Assembly (NCBI GenBank): GCA_963675595.2
Contig: CAXXLZ010000001.1
Coordinates: 704,001-768,000 of the forward strand
DNA: 64,000 bases
Direction of reading: 5' to 3'
From: Thermodesulfobacteriota bacterium
Lineage (GTDB): Bacteria; Desulfobacterota; Desulfarculia; JACQYL01
Position numbers and translations under genes: made by a program
Part shown: one piece after another, positions 9,555 to 19,593 of the stretch
How positions within the stretch are numbered: position 1 is the first letter of the stretch
Layout of the letters: each line of letters opens with the position of its first letter
The notes under the pieces: model-generated
Seen by the model: only the letters and a program-made list of their open reading frames with translations
Told to the model about the DNA's origin: nothing
Database searches by the model: none

Positions 9555-9989
9555 TGAGAATTCCCTTTATTCCATTAGGTCTTATCAGAAAAATATGCTG
9601 AAATGAATCATCGTGTCAAGTCGGCTCAGGAAATGTAACAAATAAGAAAGGTTTGCATCAATCAACTCAGGATCCGGGGGATTTCAGAAGCAGGTGCTTT
9701 CATTTCCAGATGATGATTGCAGGTAATGTTAGTCGACTCTATTCAGTACTTGGTAAGAGTCGAGAAGGCACCGCGAACGGCATCCTGTCAAGAGTCGGTG
9801 GGATTTGGGAGAGTAAGGTTTCACCTTTCGGTCACCGAGAACGATCATGCGGGAATACCCGCAGGAAGTCCGTCCGAGCCGACGACGATTTCGGAGTGAA
9901 AGTGAGATGGGAAGATGGGGTGTCCACCTCGTTCGTCGGTCCGTAACCGGTTGTGAGAAGCAGGGATGTGGGGCCGAATATTCGGGAGG

Positions 9990-10406
9990 TCAGGTTTCGA
10001 CTTCCGTCCCGTCCTCCTCGGGACTTTCCAGGTCCGGCAATGGTACTTCGGGTGGCGACTCCTTCTCCGCTTTGTATTTCTTGGCGGGCGGACGAGGGAC
10101 GTATCGTTCCCCGAAGTCTTCATAAATCCGGGCGGCGCATTCAGGATTGTGTCCGACGAAAAGCTTGAATGAGAAGAACCCCTGTTCCTGCAGGTCTTCG
10201 TCCTGGAGCCGCAGAAGCAATCCCCTCACTTCGTCGGCGCTTCGCGCCATTTCCATACGTGCGGGAAAAAACGAGCCGTCCAGCAATTGGATCACCGCGT
10301 TGGAGTAATTACGGTCAATGTACTTGCCGAAGTTCTCCTTGGTGGCCGGCTGCATCGCGGCACGGAACTTAACGAGCTTGGCAACTTCTTCCCAGGGACC
10401 CACCAC
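9990..10406 (-). CDS. Hypothetical protein
   Basis: GGAGG RBS before GTG; protein-like composition with Pro/acidic tail; follows bamD. Confidence 0.65.
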   Translation of the reverse strand: MVGPWEEVAKLVKFRAAMQPATKENFGKYIDRNYSNAVIQLLDGSFFPARMEMARSADEVRGLLLRLQDEDLQEQGFFSFKLFVGHNPECAARIYEDFGERYVPRPPAKKYKAEKESPPEVPLPDLESPEEDGTEVET

Positions 10407-10504
10407 GGATACCGTCCTCCATAAATCAGGAAAAACATCCTGCGACGATGCCGACGATGCGACGTGCCGATACGGAAAGCGCGAGAGGTCGCACCGCCGT
10501 CATA

Positions 10505-11251
10505 TTACCGGCTTTCAGCCGTATCCGTCTCTTGGCTTTCCCGCTGCTTTTCCTCGACACGCGCCTGTCGTTGTTCGATTTCGTCCAGATATCTCAGGGC
10601 TTCCCGATATTCCCCCTGGTCGGGAAAATTCCGAATCACTCCCTGAAATCTCGCTCGGGCCGCTTCGTATTTCTTTTGGACGTAGTAGAATTTCCCCACG
10701 TACATTTCATATCGGGCCAAGTGATTCAGGCTTTCGTTCAGCCTGTTTTCTCCTCGGATGGCGTAGGGGCTGTTGGGATAGGTCTTGATCAGTCGGTCGA
10801 ACTCGGCAGCCGCCTTTCGGGCGACTTCCTGGTCCTGATCGATGTCGGGCATCTGTTTGAAGTAGCACATGCCGATTTGGTAAATGATGTACGGAATGAC
10901 CGGATTTCTTGGATGCAGCTTCTCGAAATCCTGATAGGCGTAAATCGCTTCCGGGTATTCCTCACGAAGGTAGTGGGCGTCGGCGATTTTCTGCTCGGCC
11001 AGGAGCACGTGTCTGCTGAAGGGGAACCTGTCCTTCACCGCCTGGAACAGCTCAATGGAGCGTTTGTAGCTTCCTGAATTGAAGGCTTCGATTCCCTGCT
11101 GAATCAACACGTCGTCGGATTGGGGGAGGGGTTCCCGGTCAAACAGGGCGCATCCGCCAAGGTTCAGGGTTCCCAGAATCCAAAGCACACCCAGCAGGGC
11201 TGCGAGACCGCGAGTCCGTCTCGGCATGTTTCTCAGCGCCATATAAGGCAT
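10505..11251 (-). CDS. bamD: Outer membrane protein assembly factor BamD
   Basis: Lipobox LGGC, TPR-like helices, FEKLHP, YPNSPY, HLARYEMYVGKFY, AARARF. Confidence 0.9.
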   Translation of the reverse strand: MPYMALRNMPRRTRGLAALLGVLWILGTLNLGGCALFDREPLPQSDDVLIQQGIEAFNSGSYKRSIELFQAVKDRFPFSRHVLLAEQKIADAHYLREEYPEAIYAYQDFEKLHPRNPVIPYIIYQIGMCYFKQMPDIDQDQEVARKAAAEFDRLIKTYPNSPYAIRGENRLNESLNHLARYEMYVGKFYYVQKKYEAARARFQGVIRNFPDQGEYREALRYLDEIEQRQARVEEKQRESQETDTAESR

Positions 11252-11460
11252 CGGCCTTTTCTCCCGTGGCGTCCGCGATCCGTCGAAAATCCCTTGTGCG
11301 GCGTCATCAAACGCCACATGCCCCAGCGGGGGGGGCCATGAGAACTCGGGAACTCCGAAAACCCTCGACGCTCTCGTTTCCGGTGAACTTGGAGCCCCGC
11401 CCCGCGCCCGGCGGGTCTCCTTTGTTTGACATTGGATCACGAGTCAAGGGACGTATCCCC

Positions 11461-11790
11461 TTATACCACCTTCTTGATGGCTTCTTCGATGTGGCTCTTG
11501 GAGACGGCGCCGGTAATCTGGTTGGCCACGTCGCCGCCTTTGAACAAAATCAAAGTGGGGATGGCACGGATTCCGTACTTACCCGGGGTCTTGGGGTTTT
11601 CATCCACGTTCATCTTCGCAACTTTGATTTGACCGTCATACTGATCTGCGAGCTCATCGATGACGGGCGCAATGGCTCTGCAAGGTCCGCACCAAGCCGC
11701 CCAAAAGTCCACAAGGGAGGGTAAGTCGGAGTTCAGTATCTGTTCTTCAAAGGTATCGTCAGTGACCTGAATGATGTTTTTTCCAGCCAT
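11461..11790 (-). CDS. trxA: Thioredoxin
   Basis: VDFWAAWCGPC and YGIRAIPTL. Confidence 0.97.
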   Translation of the reverse strand: MAGKNIIQVTDDTFEEQILNSDLPSLVDFWAAWCGPCRAIAPVIDELADQYDGQIKVAKMNVDENPKTPGKYGIRAIPTLILFKGGDVANQITGAVSKSHIEEAIKKVV

Positions 11791-11971
11791 TCGGGACTCC
11801 TTCCTGTCTTGTTGGATGAGCGCGAATCCGAGTCTGTTTCCTTGCCGGGTATCAATAACGCTTTTGGCCTGGACGTGTCAAACTCTCAAACCGTCGGCCG
11901 GCGACGGGTGACCCGTCATCTCGGTGCTTTCCGATGCCGCGGGCGCGGCGAACGCCGGATGAATCTGAATT

Positions 11972-12003
11972 TTGCTTGACTATCCCACCTGCTGTGATAA
12001 TCT
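11972..12003 (+). promoter_or_regulatory. Putative sigma70 promoter of the bS22-like gene
   Basis: TTGACT at 11976 and extended -10 TGTGATAAT. Confidence 0.4.
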
Positions 12004-12042
12004 AATTCGCTTATACCATGATTCCATGAGAGGGGGGATAGG

Positions 12043-12132
12043 ATGTCCAGTGTCGTCAAAAAGCGTCGGAAGAAAATGAGCAAGCATAAACACCGCAAAT
12101 TACGACGCAGAAATCGTCACAAGAACAAGTAA
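12043..12132 (+). CDS. Small basic ribosomal protein, bS22/mS38 (AURKAIP1/COX24) family, 29 aa
   Basis: Hand-translated MSSVVKKRRKKMSKHKHRKLRRRNRHKNK*, the family signature; GAGGGGGG RBS. Confidence 0.88.
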   Translation: MSSVVKKRRKKMSKHKHRKLRRRNRHKNK

Positions 12133-12243
12133 GCTCAGGTCTTTTGGGCTATTATCCGCCCAAGTGCAACGGGCCGACCGGGCGCCTCACCCGGTCCGGC
12201 CCGGACCGGGCGTGCCGCTTGCCGTACCGAATACCTCCCACGG

Positions 12244-12975
12244 TCACTTCATCAGGTCATGAAAGTACTCAACGGATGGAAATTCATCGTGGTACCGGGG
12301 TGGTCCGGTAAGCGTGGCTCGAGCCTTGTACAATACATGCGCCACACCGTGATTTCTCGCCGCTCGAAGAGCCTCCGTGTTATCGTCCACCAGTACCGTG
12401 ACGGCCGGATCAAAACCCAGCAACTTCTCGGCGCGCTTCCAGAATAGAAGGTCTTCCTTAGGGCGGCCCACTTCGAACGCGCTAAGCACCGCGTCGAAAT
12501 GGTCGAGAATTGGACACCGCTCCATTTTGGTCGCCAGAGTGAGAGGGTGGGCGTTGGTCACCAGGTGCAGCGGCTTCCCCAGTTCCCCCACGAAACGGAG
12601 AAACTCGATCACCCCGGGAAGCAATGCCACTTCATGGGCCGCCGCACGCTGGAGTTTCACCAAATCCAGGCGGAAAGCGGCACTCCAGTACTCCACGTCG
12701 TACCACTCCAAAGTACCGCTCATTTCACTATAAGCGGCATGAGTGTGGGCTTTGGCCTCTTCCAGGGTAATGCCGTGCGTCTCGCTGAGGGCGTTGGGAA
12801 CTCTCTCGCGCCAGAAACGATTGTCGAAATCAAGGTCGAGGAGTGTGCCGTCCATGTCCAGAAGAACGTGCGAGACCTCAGCCCACTCGAAACCTCGTCC
12901 CGTATCCGCTTGGTTCTTCCTGTCGGACGGATTCACTCGTGTCGTCCCGGTAGTCTTCTCAGCAGCTTTCCTCAT
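12244..12975 (-). CDS. HAD-superfamily hydrolase (YrfG-like GMP/IMP nucleotidase)
   Basis: LLDMDGTLLDL, LVTNAH, GRPKE, VDDN; ATGA overlap with the upstream stop. Confidence 0.85.
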   Translation of the reverse strand: MRKAAEKTTGTTRVNPSDRKNQADTGRGFEWAEVSHVLLDMDGTLLDLDFDNRFWRERVPNALSETHGITLEEAKAHTHAAYSEMSGTLEWYDVEYWSAAFRLDLVKLQRAAAHEVALLPGVIEFLRFVGELGKPLHLVTNAHPLTLATKMERCPILDHFDAVLSAFEVGRPKEDLLFWKRAEKLLGFDPAVTVLVDDNTEALRAARNHGVAHVLYKARATLTGPPRYHDEFPSVEYFHDLMK

Positions 12976-13529
12976 TCCGGAAGTTCCACTTGCTCCGGTT
13001 TGCCGCGACGTATCCCGAACATCTCTCTGAACCATCTTGGAAATTGTCCCGTCAGTCGGTCTTCGATTACCAGACCGCATCCCGCCGCGGCTCCGTCAAC
13101 GCGAAGAAACACATATCCTTCCTCGCATGGGCGAGTCAGACGCAGGACCTCTCCTTGCAGAAGACGGATCAGTGTGGGTTCATCCAGTTCCAAAACGTTC
13201 TTGGTGGCCGCCGTACCGATCCATTGAAGGGCTGCGCTTGTGGGTTTCAGATACTTTCGAATACGACGCAGTACGGGGAGTCCCGGTGAAACCATGTCGT
13301 AACCGGAGACTTCCTCAAGATGTTCGCTCTTCAGGATCATGTAGTACGTATTGCCTCTCCTGGCGATGTGAACGTCTGAGAACTTCTGCGGAGAAACCCC
13401 GAATCGAGCCTGGAAATAGGAGACCGTTTCAAGATGAGGTTTCGGGTCTGACCACGCAGGCCACGAAGAATCCGACCGAGTGCACTTGGTGCGGGTAGAT
13501 TCGTGCGCATTTTTCAACGTTTCTTTCAT
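12972..13529 (-). CDS. PUA/NIP7-like protein resembling the RsmF C-terminal region (start uncertain)
   Basis: ARFGV, GLPVLR, LKPTSAALQWIG.AATKNVLEL, GYVFL...GCG; overlaps the methyltransferase gene. Confidence 0.6.
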   Translation of the reverse strand: MKETLKNAHESTRTKCTRSDSSWPAWSDPKPHLETVSYFQARFGVSPQKFSDVHIARRGNTYYMILKSEHLEEVSGYDMVSPGLPVLRRIRKYLKPTSAALQWIGTAATKNVLELDEPTLIRLLQGEVLRLTRPCEEGYVFLRVDGAAAGCGLVIEDRLTGQFPRWFREMFGIRRGKPEQVELPE

Positions 13530-14349
13530 AAGATCGACCCTGATATTCGGTAATACCTCTGCTGTGAGAAAGCGGGGGAGATACGGTTTCCATTGACGCG
13601 TCCGTGCGGTCCAGCAATTGGGCGACCACGGCCTCATTCTCTTCCGGATTGAAGGTGCAGGTACTGTAAACTAGTCTGCCGCCGGGCTTGAGTACCTCAT
13701 AACCTCTTGAGATGAGTCTTTTCTGGAGTTCGGTCAGGCTTCGTGAGGCCTTTCTGAGGCGCGAAGGTCGATGATAGGCCTTATAGCCCTGTTTGCCCTC
13801 CCCCGAACACGGCGCGTCCACAAGGACTCGGTCGAATAAGGTCCTTTTGGGGAAATCCTCGCCTCCATATCCGACGGTAATCGTATTCATCACGCCCAAA
13901 CGTGTCAGTGTGTTCCCTAAAGCAGGCATTCGGCCGGCCTTTTTCTCGTTGGCCACGATCAGGCCAGAGTTGTCCATTTCCTGGGCCATCTGACTCGTCT
14001 TGCCGCCCGGAGCGGCGCAAAGATCCAGCACCTTCATTCCCGGACCCGGCTCCAGCATCCATACGGGTACGTGGGAAGTCAGGGCCTGAATATGACACAA
14101 TCCCATCAAGAATTCCAAAGAGCTTCCGGCGGCCCAGTGGCCGGGCGCTGAAAAAAGATGGGGGTGGACCTTTAGCGGCTCAAGAAGGATTCCGGACCTG
14201 GAACACCGGCTTCTTAGCTCTTCCGGAGAGCTTCTCAGTGTATTGGCCCTAACGACCGTCCTCGGAGGGTCGCGAAAGGCCTCCATGAAGTCGTTGAAGT
14301 CCGGAATGAAATCTCGGTAACTATCGAACGGATGTGGTTCCGACATCAT
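13429..14349 (-). CDS. RsmB/NOP2 family RNA m5C methyltransferase (RsmF-like catalytic domain)
   Basis: VLDLCAAPGGKT, VLVDAPCSGEG, LVYSTCTFNPEENE. Confidence 0.93.
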   Translation of the reverse strand: MMSEPHPFDSYRDFIPDFNDFMEAFRDPPRTVVRANTLRSSPEELRSRCSRSGILLEPLKVHPHLFSAPGHWAAGSSLEFLMGLCHIQALTSHVPVWMLEPGPGMKVLDLCAAPGGKTSQMAQEMDNSGLIVANEKKAGRMPALGNTLTRLGVMNTITVGYGGEDFPKRTLFDRVLVDAPCSGEGKQGYKAYHRPSRLRKASRSLTELQKRLISRGYEVLKPGGRLVYSTCTFNPEENEAVVAQLLDRTDASMETVSPPLSHSRGITEYQGRSYERNVEKCARIYPHQVHSVGFFVACVVRPETSS

Positions 14350-14750
14350 ACGGGTCGCGGGTTCCGGTTCTCGGGAAAAACGTTGTTGACCAAACGCGAT
14401 AAACTCTTGGTGGGAGAAAGATGCGGGCCGTGCGGCTCATGAGCGGCAGTTGCACCGCTCGCACAGCTTTCTCCGGCACGGCGGATTGGGTCGAAAAGTG
14501 ATCGGAAAAGGGAATTTGCGAAAACCGGCCGACTCGTTCCCTCTCCCGTTCGTCCGGCGGCTGCGGCGGATTGCCTTGCCGCGGCATGACCCGGGAAGAA
14601 TCGAACCGACACGGTGCGAGCCCGGGAAAGTCTGCTCCGCCGAATCACTCGGAAGCAACATTGGGGCTGACAAACCCTGCAGCCCTCAACGCCTCGGACG
14701 ACCCGGCCCGGGAGCGCCGACGAATTCAAACTTCCCCGTTTCTTTGCCCA

Positions 14751-15059
14751 TCAGTCCATGTCGTCTTCGTCCTCGGACGACATTTCCGAGGAGGACCATT
14801 CGGGGTCGTCTTCGTCCTCGGACGGTTCCATATCCTCGTCCAGCAATTCTTCATCCTCTTCCTTGGAGTCGACCTCAAGGCTGACCGGAGACGACTCCGG
14901 TTCCTTGAAGATCGCATCTACCGCTATGCCTTTTTTCCTCAACCAGGATTTGGAGATTTTCTTCGACTCCGAGCCTACTTGACACAAAATCCAAGTTCCT
15001 CCGTCCTGGAGTACTTCGATGGCTCCCCAAGTGGGATGTTCGATGGTCGGGTTCGCCAT
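14751..15059 (-). CDS. Small protein with a very acidic C-terminal tail
   Basis: Globular N-terminus (EHPTWG...) followed by a D/E-rich tail; purine-rich RBS. Confidence 0.65.
   Translation of the reverse strand: MANPTIEHPTWGAIEVLQDGGTWILCQVGSESKKISKSWLRKKGIAVDAIFKEPESSPVSLEVDSKEEDEELLDEDMEPSEDEDDPEWSSSEMSSEDEDDMD
14760..14824. repeat. 20-bp direct repeat encoding SEDEDD
   Basis: GTCGTCTTCGTCCTCGGACG at 14760-14779 and 14805-14824. Confidence 0.7.
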
Positions 15060-15234
15060 AGTTTGCCGCCGCCCCTTTCTATGGATTCATCTCGAACCCC
15101 GCCGTGGTGAACAGCAGGGAGGCTTCCGTATATCATCAACCGCGGGCGTGAGCAAGGAGTGAATCTTATCTCCCGACGGTTTCGACGAGTCTCCCATGAC
15201 AGACCAAGGCCGGTTCAACGCAGGGTTGGAATAT

Positions 15235-18200
15235 TCATTGACGCTGGACCGATGAGGGGCGTGGATCGTCGGCATCGCCCAGGAGCCGAACAATCAGGTT
15301 TTGTCCGAGGTCCGATTCACCTCCTTGGCTTTCGCCCAGCCACGACAGGGGCAGGATGAGGTCCGCGGTCACGTTCATGTCCGGCCAATAAGTCGTTCCT
15401 ATAATTTTCGCGGAGGGTTCGTCGTGCTTGTCCAACCGCAGTTCGAAGTTCACCATCCCTTGATGAATTTGGTATGCGCCGTGCAAACCGGAAAGCCGCA
15501 TGGGCTCGCTTGCCCGTCTGTTCAGAACTGCGGCTTCCGAGGTTGGTTCCGTCACCTTACGGAGATAGTCGAACCCCAACCGGATGCCTTCGGACCCGTC
15601 AAGCGTGCCTTGCCCGCTCAGCGTGGATCGAAAGGCCTGCGGATTACCGCATTCCCCTGAGAGTTCCGTTTGAAAACGGAATTTGCCCAGAAGCGTCGAG
15701 ACGGGGAAACCAAACAAAGGGAAGGTTCGCCGAAGCGACGCGAATGTTTCGGAGTCCGATTTTATGTCTTCCCCTTGAAGACTCAGTCGGGCAACGGAAC
15801 TCCGGCCATTCAACGACACCTTGCCGCTTCCCGAAATACTCCCGCCGAAGGGATGCCCTTCCACGTTCGTCAGACGGAGTTCTTTTTCTCTCAGGGATAA
15901 CGAAACGGAGAAATCGGGGATGGGCACGTCCATCGTCAAAAGGGTTTCGGCGCCGATATTGAGATCGGCACCAAAGGTGCCGGGCGGGTTCATGAGAAAT
16001 CCGTCGGCCATATGTTTCGGGCCGTCGGACGGTATCGGACGTCGCAGGGCTTCGAGTGCGTCGGCGAGTGAAAAGAACAGGTCCGGCTCCAACACATCCG
16101 CGAAGGCGTTCACGCTTAGATGGGAAGAGGGCCATTCGGCGTAATCTCGGACTTGTCCTGAGAGGCTCATGGTGTGGCCCGCCATGGTGATCGAAAGGCT
16201 TTGGGATTTCAAGGCGGCCGGATCGGCCGAGATCACTCCGGTCAGTTCGGGCACGAAAGCGTGGGGCATGGATTCAACATAGCTCAGCACATGGGGCGGC
16301 AGGGCGGGCAAACCCGGCATCGAGTCATCCGGGTCGGGTATCAGCGAATAACGTACCCGGTCCAATTCCACTTGACCCTTCAAACGGGGTAGCCCGAATG
16401 AGAGGCTTGGCTCTCGGTCCATCGGTATGCGTCCCTCAAGGTGGAATCCGAGCCTGCCCGAAGCTTTGCGTTGGGCCATTCTCGGGCAGTATGTCGAGAA
16501 CTCGTCCAGATCCAGTAGGGGAAGATCGGCTTTGGCGTCAAGCTCCTTCCAAGGCGGCATGGCGGAGGCTTCAACGTTAAGGGTCAACGGACCCAAAACG
16601 AACAGACCGTCGTCCACGTGAAACTCTTTGCCCCAACGTCCGATGATGTTTACTTGCGCCGGGACTCCCCGAGGTTTCATCAACCGGTCGTCTATCCGGA
16701 TGCCGGCGTCCGCCAACGCCGTCTTCAAGTCTATAGAGGAATTCGCTGAGTCGTATCGCGCGACGCGGGCGGACAGCACGGCGGATCCGGATAGAATCAG
16801 AGACTCCGGCTTCAGACCAAGGCCGGATAGGAGCGCATCCAGGGAGTCCAGGTCAGCTTTGGCTTGAACGTTCATTCCTCCGGCATCACCCGCCACGCTT
16901 CCGTGGGCGCTCATCTTGAGAGTCCTAGACGACACCTCGGCGAACCGGACCTCCGTGAGACTTTCAGCGGCATTTGTGGAAACGTCGAACTCAAAAGAGG
17001 CCTTGGGCTCCCGAAAGGGTCGAGCCCGTTCTTCCCCGGTTATCTCGACGTCGACAAAGTCCATTCTCCCACTGCAGTGTCTTGTGCCTTGCTCATCCGG
17101 AGATTGGATGGATCCTTGAAAGCTATAAAGTCCTCTGAGCCTACCATCGAGTCCGAGAAGCGGCCCCAAGCAACGTGCCAAGCTTTCCAGGTTTACGCTC
17201 CATTCATTTTCCGCGTTGAGGATCGTTCGGTGCCAAGGCAGGGGAATTTCGGCGTTCAGGTGACCATCCAGTCCCGCCGAGGTGGAATGAACCAGCAACC
17301 GAATGGGTTTGGTCCCCTCTGCGGAAGGGGCGGCGCGCGTTTCCATGCGTATCAGAAAATCGTCGAAAGAAATCGCCTTGCCTCTGAAAGCGTCGGCGGT
17401 CAACATCAGGCCGTTTGCCGTCAGTTCGACCTTGAGAGGTTTTTCAGGTGAGTTGCGGGGCACATCCGCGTGCAGTTCGACGAAGCCCTCGGACCTGAAA
17501 CCCGGAAACAAGGATTGCAGCGAGGACTGAAGATGCTCCGGAGTCAGGAGTAGATCTAATTGGGTACCTTCTTTCCAGGAGTTTCCGTGAGGGCCGAGAC
17601 GCACGGTGCCACGCCACGCCAGTGTCAGACCCGGGAGCGACAGTTCTCCCGAGGAGCTCAGTCGATTCGGCTCCGATTCAAAGGAACCCTCGAGCGCATC
17701 CACGGCAATTTGGGACGAAGCCCCAGTGGCCTGATTATGCAGGTGCAGAACCGCGCCCCGGACCGCGGTGTCGGCTACCCTGAGAGAAGAAGAGTCCGCT
17801 CCAAAGACGGAGGCCGCTACCGGAGACGGAACCGGCATCTTCCACCATACGCCCGCTTTGCCCGGCAAATTGAAACGTCCATCGGACATCCGGACAACGG
17901 ACAGCACGGGTTGCTCTACCGAGAGGGACGAGATGGACAGCCTGGAACGCAGCAGTGGAAGCAAACGGACGTGAGCCTCGATTTTCGCCGCGGTGAGGAA
18001 AGGTTGGTCGTATCCCACGTCCCGACGTTCCTCCACTACCAGATCGGAAGCGGAAAGTGTCAGGCCCCAAAGGAGGCTTGCTGTGACTTCTCCCACGTGT
18101 ACCCGACGACCCGTCAGGTGGGAAATTCGATCGGCCAGGATGGACTCCAGGGGAAGGAACCACAGAACCGCCTGAAGCAGGAGCCAGAGCCCGAGCAAAG

Positions 18201-18246
18201 ACGCCGCGCCTCCGATGACCACATGCCTGATTGTCTTGCGTTCCAT
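15235..18246 (-). CDS. AsmA-family protein
   Basis: N-terminal TM anchor, TGRRVHVG, VRLLPLL, DGRFNL, long beta-rich body. Confidence 0.75.
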   Translation of the reverse strand: MERKTIRHVVIGGAASLLGLWLLLQAVLWFLPLESILADRISHLTGRRVHVGEVTASLLWGLTLSASDLVVEERRDVGYDQPFLTAAKIEAHVRLLPLLRSRLSISSLSVEQPVLSVVRMSDGRFNLPGKAGVWWKMPVPSPVAASVFGADSSSLRVADTAVRGAVLHLHNQATGASSQIAVDALEGSFESEPNRLSSSGELSLPGLTLAWRGTVRLGPHGNSWKEGTQLDLLLTPEHLQSSLQSLFPGFRSEGFVELHADVPRNSPEKPLKVELTANGLMLTADAFRGKAISFDDFLIRMETRAAPSAEGTKPIRLLVHSTSAGLDGHLNAEIPLPWHRTILNAENEWSVNLESLARCLGPLLGLDGRLRGLYSFQGSIQSPDEQGTRHCSGRMDFVDVEITGEERARPFREPKASFEFDVSTNAAESLTEVRFAEVSSRTLKMSAHGSVAGDAGGMNVQAKADLDSLDALLSGLGLKPESLILSGSAVLSARVARYDSANSSIDLKTALADAGIRIDDRLMKPRGVPAQVNIIGRWGKEFHVDDGLFVLGPLTLNVEASAMPPWKELDAKADLPLLDLDEFSTYCPRMAQRKASGRLGFHLEGRIPMDREPSLSFGLPRLKGQVELDRVRYSLIPDPDDSMPGLPALPPHVLSYVESMPHAFVPELTGVISADPAALKSQSLSITMAGHTMSLSGQVRDYAEWPSSHLSVNAFADVLEPDLFFSLADALEALRRPIPSDGPKHMADGFLMNPPGTFGADLNIGAETLLTMDVPIPDFSVSLSLREKELRLTNVEGHPFGGSISGSGKVSLNGRSSVARLSLQGEDIKSDSETFASLRRTFPLFGFPVSTLLGKFRFQTELSGECGNPQAFRSTLSGQGTLDGSEGIRLGFDYLRKVTEPTSEAAVLNRRASEPMRLSGLHGAYQIHQGMVNFELRLDKHDEPSAKIIGTTYWPDMNVTADLILPLSWLGESQGGESDLGQNLIVRLLGDADDPRPSSVQRQ

Positions 18247-18486
18247 GGTGATCCAATTCGGGATTTCGGTCGGCGGTCGGCCGGAGAGCTTTCTTTCAGG
18301 GAGACTCCGGAACATTCCACAAATCTCTAACAGAAGCCGTTTTCCGGGGTCAACTCTCTTAATGATGGAAGAAAAGACGGGGCGGGATTAGGTTTAACTT
18401 TGAGGCTTTTCCGCAGGGCCGGGATTACCGGTGGGAATGGACAACGCGATTTTGTAAGGAGAAGCGATGAATGCGAAGGGGGGCCT

Positions 18487-18523
18487 GAAGAAACGCAACA
18501 CCCATCATAGAGTGTTGCGTTTC
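18487..18523 (-). terminator. Terminator downstream of the porin gene
   Basis: GAAACGCAACAC/GTGTTGCGTTTC inverted repeat. Confidence 0.55.
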
Positions 18524-18544
18524 CTGTTGCCGGTTTACGTGCGA

Positions 18545-19369
18545 TTAGAAAGCGATGCCCAGAACCAAACCACCGTAGAAGAAGTCGGAGTCTTTGCCGT
18601 TGAAGCTGCTGGACTTGATCAGATTCTCCGCATCATCCGTCAGCGGGAAGGAATAAGACGCGGTAGGCGTCACGCTGAAGTAACCGAAGGTCATCGGGAC
18701 GGACAGGGACACAACGCCGTCATGGAAGTTGCTGTAGTCCTCGTCGGTCACGTTAAAGTTGTCGTCGAGTTCGGGATAGGTTCCATTGTCGCTCATCAGG
18801 TAACTCGCCGTGACGGACCCGTCGATGGAAATCCAATCCGCGAGCTGCAAAGAATGGCTGATGCCGAACAGGAAGTACCAGGCCGGAGCCTGAGCGATGT
18901 CTCGGTATACCGTAAAGGTAGGTTGCAGAATTACGTCCAGACCGATGCTGGCGTAGATTTCCTGCGTGTCTTCGAGTCCACTGGCGCCGAAGGCGTCGCT
19001 GTCGTAAGCATAATAAAGGTAGCCGCCTTCGAAATTGAACGGTCCCACGGAGTTTCCATAGGCGACCGTGATGTCGGTCTCGTTCCACTTGGCTCCGCCG
19101 GTTCCCTGTTCCCAATAAGGATCGGTGTCGATGTTGCTCCAGAAGTTGATATAGAACCCATAATAGCCGACGCTCATGCTCGGCTGCACCACGATGCTGT
19201 CTTTACTGAACTGAAAGCCACGCCAAATGTAGGAGCTGAGTGCGGCGACCGAGAAATCGGCCCAAGGTTTTTCTTCCGCTTGAGACTGTGCCGGCACAAC
19301 GAATGCCGCGCAGAGCAGCAAACATACAAATGCAACCAGAACCCGCTTCATACCTATTCCTCTCTTCAT
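18545..19369 (-). CDS. Outer membrane beta-barrel, TorF/Gcw_chp-like putative porin
   Basis: Signal peptide, SSYIWRG, VVQPS, NETD, GGYLYYAY, C-terminal Phe. Confidence 0.8.
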   Translation of the reverse strand: MKRGIGMKRVLVAFVCLLLCAAFVVPAQSQAEEKPWADFSVAALSSYIWRGFQFSKDSIVVQPSMSVGYYGFYINFWSNIDTDPYWEQGTGGAKWNETDITVAYGNSVGPFNFEGGYLYYAYDSDAFGASGLEDTQEIYASIGLDVILQPTFTVYRDIAQAPAWYFLFGISHSLQLADWISIDGSVTASYLMSDNGTYPELDDNFNVTDEDYSNFHDGVVSLSVPMTFGYFSVTPTASYSFPLTDDAENLIKSSSFNGKDSDFFYGGLVLGIAF

Positions 19370-19593
19370 TCCTCTTCTCCTTAATCTGATATCTTACCGG
19401 TTTTTTCGGGAACCATTCACCCGCATCGCGGCTCTGTGAGCATCACGATGAAACTCTACAACCGAACCCGGGGCTCGGCGAAAATTACCTCCCGTCGGTT
19501 ACACCCCTCCTTTCGTTTGGTATCGCACCCTCATGAGTCGAATCAACCACAATCCGACCTCCCGAAGTCGAATTTCGGGAAGGGTAATGCACT

